DNA of 64,000 nt from contig OY759724.1 of the NCBI GenBank assembly GCA_963662715.1, positions 268,670 through 332,669 of the forward strand. Direction: 5' to 3'. This document shows positions 39,094 to 47,092 of the stretch, in pieces (the first letter of the stretch is position 1; each line of letters opens with the position of its first letter). Under the pieces are notes generated by a model, which was given only the letters and a program-made list of their open reading frames with translations, was not told the DNA's origin and ran no database searches. The stretch comes from Candidatus Omnitrophota bacterium. GTDB lineage: Bacteria; Omnitrophota; Gorgyraeia; Zapsychrales; JANLHA01. The position numbers were made by a program, and so were the translations under genes.

Positions 39094-41562
39094 TTACCCC
39101 CTCCTGTTTGTTAAACTTTCATAAACCTCATCCCATAAACCAGCCTCTTCATTCAAGCCATACTCACTCAACCAATATTTCACCCACGCCTCACCATGTT
39201 TTTGCTCCAAAGATTTAATTCGTTTGATATCTTCTAAAGAAGTCTTTCCCATAAAACTTAAAAATGCTTTCTCCAACTCCAAATCTATTAAGCGCATCCC
39301 TAAAGGAGAAGTGTAATAATAATGTTTCTTCGCAATCGCATTGGCAATGATCCCAATTTGCGTTTCATTTAGCCCTAAAGTTTTATACGCTTCTTCTCCT
39401 GTGGGGGATGCGGCTTGAGGATTGGGTAAATAGACTTTGACCGGACAAGATTCAAGGATCACATCTTTGATCGAAGAATGAATAATGTCTGTGACATGCT
39501 GAGTACAAAAAACCACACATGCATTAGCCTTGCGCAGTTCACGAAGCCAGATTTTGAGTTTTTCTCTAAACATTTGATCATCAAAGACCGTCCATGCTTC
39601 ATCAACCGCGATAAGTGTCGGGGCGCCGCTTAATCGCCGTTCAATCTGGTGAAACAGATAAGATAAGACCGGAATCGAAAACCGTTTTTCCTCTTCCATG
39701 AGCTTTGAGATTTCAAATACCTGGAAATGTCCATCCTGTAAGCTGTCATGTGATGCATCCAGCAAGTGCGCCATAACTCCCTTTTGGGTTGAGACGAACG
39801 GGTCAAGTGCTTTGCGTATTTCAGTGTTTTGAATGTTTAAACAAAAGTTCGAAAGTGTTTTCTCTTTATCTGACCGCAAGGCATTTATGGCATTACTGAT
39901 CGCAATACGCTTCTCCGGGTTCATTTCAACCCCGGCTAATACGATCAACTCTTCCATCCATTCGCAGGCCCATCGTTTTTCGCTCTCAACAGCAATGTCT
40001 TTTAACGGAGAAAAGGTCAGGTGACTGTCATCATCCAGGATGGGATAATGACGCGCACTACACGCCTTGACTAAAGCAAACATACTATTTCGTTTATCAA
40101 AACAAAATACCTGTGCTCCAGGGTAACGCAAGAATTGAACGCACATAAGGGAAAGTAATGTTGATTTACCTGATCCGGTCGGCCCGCAAATCATAGTATG
40201 CCCCACGTCATCCACATAATTGTTAAACCGGAAAGGCGCAGCTCCTTGCGTCGAAGCATAGAATAAGGAAGGGCTGTTTTTCTCAAGTCGAGGATTAGGA
40301 TTGTACTCCTGTCCTGTCCATGTTCCGGCGAGCGGCATCAAATGAGTCATATTCAATGTATGTATGAGCGGCTTTCTGACATTACGAGCACTATCACCCG
40401 GCAAACTTCCAAGATACGCTTCAATAGCATTAATTGTTTCCACACGGGCCGGAAACCGTTTATCCGTTAGTAAATCACGGACAATTTTAACGCGCCGTTG
40501 ACATTCACTCTCATCCTCGCAAATGATAACAATGACCGATGAAAAATAACCGTAACGAACACCCCCTGCCTGAGCGATAGTCATAGCCTGATGAGCGTCC
40601 GCAGCCTTTTCGGCAGCTTCAATATTGCCATACTGACTCTCAGAGCCAGGCGAGATAATTTGCAGGATGATATTCTTTAAATTAAATTGTTTATTGTGCC
40701 ATTTGAGCAATACCTTTTTGATTTCTTGCTCCGCATCAACCGGATCAAGGACAATAAAACGGATGGAGAACCGGTATTCAAAAGGCAAAGACATCAAGGC
40801 ATTGCCAAGCATCTCGCTATGACTTTCCGAAGGGAACCCAACCACAGCAACCACACCGATATATTTCCCATCAATTTGCGGATGTATCCCACCGGTGAAG
40901 TCATACCCGCCCAGCAGATAATTAAGAAAACCACCCTGCACATCGGCAAAATCAATGTATCGTGCAGTAATACAATAGTGAAGAAATCCCTGCATTTGTG
41001 TAGATGACATCTGTTCAACGTTTAACCGTGCACCGCTAAGTCCGGATTCCACCTCAAGAATGACCTGCTTAAATTCTCGGCACAAAGATTCCATGTCTCT
41101 TTGCTTAACAGCATCGATTTTGTTTTTCTTCTCAGAAGTGACAAATAGCTTTTGAAACTTCCTGTCCTGTAAAGCCGAAGGTTTGTAGGTCAACGTTAAA
41201 ACGTAGACCGTTTCAAAATGCCTCTGTGCCGACTCAAAATTACTTTTTCGCTCACAATCAATAAGCCAGGATGTAGCATCAGGGAAAGAATTGTCATGAG
41301 GATATTCTGTAACAGGAATACGAATGGCATTAACATTGATAACCCAGCCTGTGCGCAGACTGCCCAGGACTGCGTTAACCTGAGAACATAGCGCATCTTT
41401 ATCCTGAGCAGAGGACGAATCCAGATCAGGGCCGTGATAGTAAAATCCGGCCATTAAACTTCCGTCTTTATTGAGCAGAATACCCTCGTCTACAAAACCG
41501 AAGTAATTGATAAGATCAGGGAATCCTTTAAAATTATTTTGTGCTTCACTGTTTTTCTGCAT
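39094..41562 (-). CDS. virB4: T4SS ATPase VirB4/TrbE
   Basis: 822 aa; Walker A GPTGSGKS, Walker B region; canonical size. Confidence 0.9.
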   Translation of the reverse strand: MQKNSEAQNNFKGFPDLINYFGFVDEGILLNKDGSLMAGFYYHGPDLDSSSAQDKDALCSQVNAVLGSLRTGWVINVNAIRIPVTEYPHDNSFPDATSWLIDCERKSNFESAQRHFETVYVLTLTYKPSALQDRKFQKLFVTSEKKNKIDAVKQRDMESLCREFKQVILEVESGLSGARLNVEQMSSTQMQGFLHYCITARYIDFADVQGGFLNYLLGGYDFTGGIHPQIDGKYIGVVAVVGFPSESHSEMLGNALMSLPFEYRFSIRFIVLDPVDAEQEIKKVLLKWHNKQFNLKNIILQIISPGSESQYGNIEAAEKAADAHQAMTIAQAGGVRYGYFSSVIVIICEDESECQRRVKIVRDLLTDKRFPARVETINAIEAYLGSLPGDSARNVRKPLIHTLNMTHLMPLAGTWTGQEYNPNPRLEKNSPSLFYASTQGAAPFRFNNYVDDVGHTMICGPTGSGKSTLLSLMCVQFLRYPGAQVFCFDKRNSMFALVKACSARHYPILDDDSHLTFSPLKDIAVESEKRWACEWMEELIVLAGVEMNPEKRIAISNAINALRSDKEKTLSNFCLNIQNTEIRKALDPFVSTQKGVMAHLLDASHDSLQDGHFQVFEISKLMEEEKRFSIPVLSYLFHQIERRLSGAPTLIAVDEAWTVFDDQMFREKLKIWLRELRKANACVVFCTQHVTDIIHSSIKDVILESCPVKVYLPNPQAASPTGEEAYKTLGLNETQIGIIANAIAKKHYYYTSPLGMRLIDLELEKAFLSFMGKTSLEDIKRIKSLEQKHGEAWVKYWLSEYGLNEEAGLWDEVYESLTNRRG

Positions 41563-41571
41563 GGCAACCTC

Positions 41572-41859
41572 TTAAATTCTTACACTCGTTTCACCGGCAG
41601 GGTAATAATCCCGATATTTGATGTGTCGAAAAAATATCTTGGTAAGCTGAGGATCGATCTTGGCTGCTTCACGGGCAAGAATGCTGCCGATCAGCCAGAT
41701 AATCCCCGAGAGGATTAACGAGTTGATATCCTTTCCGGCTACCCAAACAATAGCTGACGTAAAACCGATCAATATAATTAATTCCCTTTCTGCCCCAGCA
41801 ACTAACACAGGTTGTACAAGCGATTGATGAATAGTTATTATTTTTATTTCCTCTGACAT
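41572..41859 (-). CDS. virB3: T4SS protein VirB3/TrbD
   Basis: 95 aa, two TM helices, immediately upstream of virB4. Confidence 0.75.
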   Translation of the reverse strand: MSEEIKIITIHQSLVQPVLVAGAERELIILIGFTSAIVWVAGKDINSLILSGIIWLIGSILAREAAKIDPQLTKIFFRHIKYRDYYPAGETSVRI

Positions 41860-41883
41860 CCGATCTCTCCCGGATAAAGGTGT

Positions 41884-42195
41884 TTAAAGCAACGATGCAT
41901 TAAGACCAAATAATCCCATCAATCCCCAGGCGGAAGACACAATGCTAAAACCCAAGACTGTAGTAATGAATGCTCGAATTCCCCTGTTGACCTCCGAGAA
42001 CATCAACGCCACAGCCGCAGCCACAAGAGCAATGATTGAAATGCTGGTTGCTACCGGGCCCTGTAACGATTCTGCGATTTGAGTCAAAGGCCCTTCCCAA
42101 GGTAAGCTGCTCCCCACAATCCCGGCAAAAGCATTGTTTGCAAACCAAGCCATAAACCAGGGAGTTAAAATACATAACCGGATTATTGTTTTCAT
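41884..42195 (-). CDS. virB2: T4SS pilin VirB2/TrbC
   Basis: 103 aa; long signal peptide then two hydrophobic helices (TSISIIALVAAAVALMF; AFITTVLGFSIVSSAWGLMGLFG). Confidence 0.8.
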   Translation of the reverse strand: MKTIIRLCILTPWFMAWFANNAFAGIVGSSLPWEGPLTQIAESLQGPVATSISIIALVAAAVALMFSEVNRGIRAFITTVLGFSIVSSAWGLMGLFGLNASLL

Positions 42196-42211
42196 ACGAA
42201 ACCCCTTTCGT

Positions 42212-42493
42212 TTAAACTTTTATTTTTTCCTTTTCATAAGCTGCCAATACCCGCTTTTTGATTTCTTGACGAATGCTTGCTGTTGTGCAATAAACCGTGT
42301 CATACCAGCGGCCATTTTTATTGAGATGCTGCGGCATCGACACAAATAATCCAGTTTTACCATTAATAACCCGAAGATTTTTAACGACAATTTCATTGTT
42401 CAAGCAAATGTCAGCAAAGGCCTTAAGATAACGTGCGTCCTTAATCCTTCTTATCCTACCGACAACATTAATTTTGATTTTATTTTTATCCAT
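42212..42493 (-). CDS. spoVG: SpoVG-family protein
   Basis: 93 aa; LKAFADICLNNEIVVKNLRVINGKTGLFVSMP aligns with the SpoVG core ([32 protein letters not shown]). Sits 17 nt upstream of the pilin gene on the same strand. Confidence 0.8.
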   Translation of the reverse strand: MDKNKIKINVVGRIRRIKDARYLKAFADICLNNEIVVKNLRVINGKTGLFVSMPQHLNKNGRWYDTVYCTTASIRQEIKKRVLAAYEKEKIKV

Positions 42494-42571
42494 CCCATAT
42501 CCCCCTACACTTATATATAGCGGTTCATTTACAGTTTTTTACCTATCGGCAGAAAAAATATTTAAAAAAAT

Positions 42572-42736
42572 TTAATCGGCTCTCCTTAAGGGATACCGTT
42601 TATCAATGTCAATATAACTGATCGGCGGGTGTTCCCCCTGACTTAATTTGGCCTCCACAATGGCAAAGGCCTCATTTAAACTCCCGGCAGGAATTTTCCA
42701 TGCCTCAAACTCAACGTAATACATCTCTTGCTCCAT
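42572..42736 (-). CDS. Small ORF (54 aa) with strong RBS, not in ORF track
   Basis: Hand-translated MEQEMYYVEFEAWKIPAGSLNEAFAIVEAKLSQGEHPPISYIDIDKRYPLRRAD*, preceded by GGAGGGGAGAA-ATG. No family recognised. Confidence 0.3.
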   Translation of the reverse strand: MEQEMYYVEFEAWKIPAGSLNEAFAIVEAKLSQGEHPPISYIDIDKRYPLRRAD

Positions 42737-43196
42737 TTCTCCCCTCCTGTGTTTATGTTGTTTTTATACTTTCAATTTCTGCTGATATCGCCTTACGGCC
42801 CTTCGATATATAAAAACGCCTTTGTTTGACAAATGACATATTCTTATCGAATGAACAAAGAGCCTCCTCAATTCTTTTTTACCTGTTATACAATGTCTGG
42901 AATAAGAAGTAGATGAGAAAGACGTTACTGCAGAATGATCTCGCCGAATTATTGTATTTTTGCAATAAAAAAAGGTAGTGCCTGCTTTATGTTCCATGAA
43001 CATAATTTCTGCAAGCACTACCTATTAATAAAAACCGCAGCCTGGGCAAACCCAGAGCCTATATAAAATTTCTTATTGCTTCATTGAGAACACCCTATTT
43101 TTATCGTCAAGGGCGTCTCATACATTTTCTAAGATTTTTTTGCAATCCTTGTTAATTTTTTCGAGAATATAATTTACTTTAAATATTATATATACC

Positions 43197-43234
43197 AAAA
43201 GGGGAGCAGGTGCTCAAAATGCTCCCCCTTTTTC
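43197..43234. terminator. Bidirectional rho-independent terminator
   Basis: AAAAGGGGAGC-aggtgctcaaaat-GCTCCCCCTTTTTC: 7-bp GC stem flanked by an A-run and a T-run. Confidence 0.5.
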
Positions 43235-43498
43235 ATTCAGTCCCACGATGAATTTGTCACGCTTAAAACAACATCGCTACAATGTTATTCAAATATACAG
43301 CAAATTATCTTTCAAAGAATAGGCCAACTTCGTTTTAAGATGACTTCTTTCTACCAATAAGCTGCTTCATCTTTGCCTTTTTCTTTTTTTTACTATTCTT
43401 GGCATGAATCTTTTTTAACTGATCTTTATCAATTTCCAATAACTCAAAAACCGCCTTTACCCTCTTGTCCGTGGCCTTTTTCGTTATTTTTTTTATCA

Positions 43499-44416
43499 TC
43501 ACACAACCTTCTTGATCCTTTTTTCTTTACGGATGATCTGCCCAACATCTTCTATAATACAAGCCATATCGTCCTCACTCAAGAGATTATTTGCCTGCAT
43601 GAATTGATCCCAGTAGCCAAAAAACCGATAGAAAAGCCTCCTTAATTGCCGAAGAACTTTTCTGACCTGGATTATTTCTAAATCCAGCAATATGGCGATG
43701 CCTTCCAAGCTTAAATGATCCATTTGCCGAATTGCCCTGTGAACTTTGCGTTTTATCTCATAGGATTTATTGATCGGGAGTTTACACGGACGGCTTAATC
43801 GATTGAATTTCCAGGTCGGTTCCAATCTTTCATCAAGAATTCCTTTTTCCTTGAGTTCTAGCAGTATGACCTCGCTATCCTTAACATTTAACTTATCAAA
43901 ATATTCTCGAAGATCAAGATCATGATAAAACATAAGTTCAATGATTTGATAGTGAATGCCGTTTTTGTCAAACGAGTCAACAAAATCACTGACGAGCTTC
44001 TGGACAACCTCATCTTTTTCCTGCTCTGTTAAATTCTTAACATGGTTATTTTTCCCTGGGAAACCCTCAATGAAATTAACCCATTCTTTAAAAAAGGATG
44101 ACTCTCTGACTAACATGCGATATTCCGGGAGCTTGACACTATCAGATATAATTTTTCTTTTACGGTTGTGCAGCCATTTAAGAAAAGATTCTCCTATTCC
44201 CGTATCCCAATTCCCGGTCACTGCATGCATAGCTAACAAAACATCGTGAGCACAATCTTCACCATCCAAATCCGGCCTAATGCTGCAATAGGGTTTCATC
44301 CTCATTTTTCTAGCTGCCGAACAAGCAAGTCTACAACGAACTTCCTTTATAGTCATTGTCTTTTTTTTGACATATTCTTCCTTTTTCTCGGATTTCTCCT
44401 CCTCTTTTTTACCCAT
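43499..44416 (-). CDS. Sigma-70 family RNA polymerase sigma factor-like protein
   Basis: 305 aa; region-2-like segment (DCAHDVLLAMHAVTGNWDTGIGESFLKWLH) and C-terminal region-4-like HTH (HLSLEGIAILLDLEIIQVRKVLRQLRR). Assignment by pattern only. Confidence 0.5.
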   Translation of the reverse strand: MGKKEEEKSEKKEEYVKKKTMTIKEVRCRLACSAARKMRMKPYCSIRPDLDGEDCAHDVLLAMHAVTGNWDTGIGESFLKWLHNRKRKIISDSVKLPEYRMLVRESSFFKEWVNFIEGFPGKNNHVKNLTEQEKDEVVQKLVSDFVDSFDKNGIHYQIIELMFYHDLDLREYFDKLNVKDSEVILLELKEKGILDERLEPTWKFNRLSRPCKLPINKSYEIKRKVHRAIRQMDHLSLEGIAILLDLEIIQVRKVLRQLRRLFYRFFGYWDQFMQANNLLSEDDMACIIEDVGQIIRKEKRIKKVV

Positions 44417-44443
44417 CGCCCTTTCCTCCTACAGTTTCAAATC

Positions 44444-44520
44444 GACGTTAATTAAATAAATCTTCACGAAACGCCCCTTTAAATGGACGTTAAATAAATA
44501 ATTCTTCACGAAACACCCCC
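44444..44520 (-). promoter_or_regulatory. Two ~34-bp imperfect direct repeats in the promoter region of the sigma-factor gene
   Basis: GACGTTAATTAAATAAATCTTCACGAAACGCCCC (44444-44477) and GACGTTAAATAAATAATTCTTCACGAAACACCCCC (44486-44520), with 42-bp periodicity, 28-104 bp upstream of the start codon at 44416. Confidence 0.5.
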
Positions 44521-45026
44521 TCTCGATAAAAATGCTCTCTTAATTATTTTAATACATCATTTCACTGCTGTCTCGCTTAAAAATTGCACCTGATGTAATT
44601 TATTACAACAAAGGGATTAACAAGAAAAAAAATATTTAGACCTGGCCAATAAGGTTTACGCATTGGACGCACCAACAACCGGCCAATGCCCCTCCGTATT
44701 CCCGTAGGCCAAATTTCGCAAAACCAAAGCAGGCATCAAACTTCACAAATAAAAGCCAGGGGGAGCGTAAAACTGGCCGCCGACAGCGTTAACGCGGACA
44801 TTAACATTTGTTAGATAAAATACCAATTTGTTAAACAAAACACCCCTCTTCCCCGCATAAAATACCCCTGTGTTAAACGTCCTTTATCTTGCTGTACGGC
44901 TGACAGATAGGGGTTTTTTGTTAACATTTTGGGATTTTGGGTTTATAGGATTATTTTTGGGAAGGAGAAACCGGCAGGCCTTGTCCGGGCCTTTTAATAG
45001 CGAGAGGCCCGACTCGCGGGAAAAGA

Positions 45027-45545
45027 TCAGATGTTTAAAAAGACATAAACAGTATATTGACTACTTTGGACACTGTAATAATCACACATGAAAAGGTCAC
45101 GGGCAAATTTTTCGTAATCAAAATAGAAAGCTAACCGTTCCGGGATGTCCATTGTTTCATCAGCCAAATTTTCCGCAAAGGCCTCTTCTGAGTCCCATTC
45201 CCCTTGATAGGATTCTTCAAACCCTTCTTCTGTGGCATAATCAACGCCCACGTTATTGGCATAAGCCGCGTAGGCTTCCCCATGCTCTTCAATGAGCCGG
45301 GCGTATCGGACCACATCTTTGATGCTTTCATATTCCGATAGATGAAGTCCTTCAAAGCCCTCGTAATCATGAATCGCGTACTCCTCTGCGAAGGGTTCCG
45401 GGCTGTTTTTTAGCATATCCTGAATTTCTTCATGGATAGCATCCGCATCCTGATTCGCGTCAATCCATCTTCCATGCAGTTTGCCGTTGTTGTACGCCGC
45501 CAAACAGGCAACGTAAATCCGGGGTGTAATCGTTTGAGTAGCCAT
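45027..45545 (-). CDS. ardA: Antirestriction protein ArdA
   Basis: Signature TPRIYVACLAAYNNGKLHGRWIDA and acidic C-terminal DNA-mimic region. Start reassigned to the internal Met at 45545 (MATQTI...), which is preceded by AAGGAG; the ORF track start at 45611 lacks an RBS. Confidence 0.85.
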   Translation of the reverse strand: MATQTITPRIYVACLAAYNNGKLHGRWIDANQDADAIHEEIQDMLKNSPEPFAEEYAIHDYEGFEGLHLSEYESIKDVVRYARLIEEHGEAYAAYANNVGVDYATEEGFEESYQGEWDSEEAFAENLADETMDIPERLAFYFDYEKFARDLFMCDYYSVQSSQYTVYVFLNI

Positions 45546-45846
45546 GAGCGCATCTCCTTTTTTGAGGATTAATCCGTTGGAGATCGAACCCTCGATCTCT
45601 GTTTGACTCACTCATGGACATATGCCATGCAAGGATGCGCAGGCTTTCCTTAAATGATCAAAATAACCATTTGGGAGAAAGCCAAGCACTCGCAAGTCCT
45701 GATGGTCTTTTATCAGGACGCCGTCCTTGTGGCATATGTAAAAATGGGCAAACAGAGATTGATGGGGTTGCCCTCGACTCGAAGGGCTGGATGGAAATGG
45801 TGGTTTACAAATTATTTAAAAAACTGAAGCAGGAGATTTTGACGCA

Positions 45847-46743
45847 TTACATTATTGAGGCAGTTGCCGTGGACTTGCTATCTTCGATTTTACCCAAGTC
45901 CGCAGTAAAATAATAGCGCGAGGTGAGGATAGCATAAAGCCGCTTTGCCAGGCATTCAGCTTCTTGATCAGTTCCTTCTACCGAAACAACTGCCTCGTCG
46001 CCTTCCTGTAAACCCAAACATAAAAGAGCCATGATAGATTTGGCATTGGGTTTATTATCATCCGAAGAGTTTTTTTCGCTGATAAAGACAGCATGTGGAT
46101 ATTTTCTGCATTCTTTTACTATTCGGGTGCCAGCGAAGAACCCAAGTCCGCCATTAAGATGAATCTGTACTTTAACAATGGTCTGATTATTTTCTTTTGA
46201 TAGCTTGAATGGTTCAATGACATAGGGATTTGCCTGATATTTCTTGAGAAGATAGTCCAGGGATTGCTCAAGTTGTTTGCAGTCCTCCTTGTAATCATGA
46301 GTCCTCAGCACAGTGCAATCAGCGGCTTCCAAAAACCAAGCATCGATAAAAGACTGAATTTCTTCTTCAATATAGAGGATAACCGGGATATCATTTGTCT
46401 TCTTAATGGCCTTAATGAGCTTCCACCCTCGCCCATACGCTCGCTCATATTGAACCCGTCGGTCGAAGCATACAACTTCTTCTTCAGGAAGCGGAAATTT
46501 GCAGGCAAAGGCATAAGGCACATGCGTGATAACAGCGTCAAAGGCTTCTTCTGTCCCGGCTTTTGCGCGAATGATTTCGATAGTATTATCATCCAATCCA
46601 AAGCAGGTCTCGAGATGATAGTGGCGGGATAATGAATTGCAGATATATCGAAAGGCCGTGGATGTATCCTGCTCTTCCGTCTTTGACCTTTCGACGAAAA
46701 GGATTCGTTTTTGAGCTTGGGTTGTTGGATTGTCGGGGTTCAA
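45847..46743 (-). CDS. Fusion protein with C-terminal HPr-like domain lacking the phospho-His
   Basis: The C-terminal ~85 aa align with HPr (KSIMALLCLGLQEGDEAVVSVEGTDQEAECLAKRL vs HPr [30 protein letters not shown]), but the His15 site is GLGFFAGT (no His); a Ser equivalent to Ser46 is present. N-terminal ~200 aa of unknown fold. Confidence 0.55.
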   Translation of the reverse strand: MNPDNPTTQAQKRILFVERSKTEEQDTSTAFRYICNSLSRHYHLETCFGLDDNTIEIIRAKAGTEEAFDAVITHVPYAFACKFPLPEEEVVCFDRRVQYERAYGRGWKLIKAIKKTNDIPVILYIEEEIQSFIDAWFLEAADCTVLRTHDYKEDCKQLEQSLDYLLKKYQANPYVIEPFKLSKENNQTIVKVQIHLNGGLGFFAGTRIVKECRKYPHAVFISEKNSSDDNKPNAKSIMALLCLGLQEGDEAVVSVEGTDQEAECLAKRLYAILTSRYYFTADLGKIEDSKSTATASIM

Positions 46744-46802
46744 CTCCTTTTACCTGTCCCCTTATCGGTGCACTGGCACCTTTTTTGGAGAATCCCAAGG
46801 TG

Positions 46803-47075
46803 TCACGGTTTATTAATATTTGAAAATGTCGATAGTAACAACAAAATAAATGCTATAAGACCTAAGTAAAACGGGAACCGCACTAAATTCACTCTCTTAC
46901 TATCAAAATATATTTCTGGTTTCTTCAAAAACCACAGATTACCAAAATTCATAGGAAATTTAATAAACGCATCGCTGTATGACAAATCTTTTCGTTTAAA
47001 AATAAACAAAAAAAATATATGGGTCATAAAAGAAAAAACTAATAAACTGAAAAGAATTAGGGTTGTATTTTTCAT
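46803..47075 (-). CDS. Putative RHS-toxin immunity protein (small membrane protein)
   Basis: 90 aa, two TM helices, extremely AT-rich; its start is 18 bp downstream of the RHS toxin stop, on the same strand. Confidence 0.45.
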   Translation of the reverse strand: MKNTTLILFSLLVFSFMTHIFFLFIFKRKDLSYSDAFIKFPMNFGNLWFLKKPEIYFDSKRVNLVRFPFYLGLIAFILLLLSTFSNINKP

Positions 47076-47092
47076 AATATAAAAACCAATTG

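Noticed and set aside
42764-43018. 84-aa minus-strand ORF between the SpoVG and sigma genes
   Set aside because: Product is Arg/Cys-rich with no structure-like pattern and no RBS; the region is more plausibly non-coding with a small hairpin and the terminator at 43197-43234.
45571-45600. Possible tRNA-like T-arm / second att copy (GGAGATCGAACCC resembles the att core ..GGAATCGAACCCC)
   Set aside because: The stem is 8 bp with a 4-nt loop, there is no acceptor/CCA continuation, and it cannot be folded as a tRNA 3' end. Interpreted as a regulatory hairpin instead.
46760-46790. Hairpin GGTGCactgGCACC plus T6 as a terminator
   Set aside because: Terminator orientation is for the plus strand, but no plus-strand gene lies upstream. 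Possibly terminates antisense or read-through transcription; not assigned.
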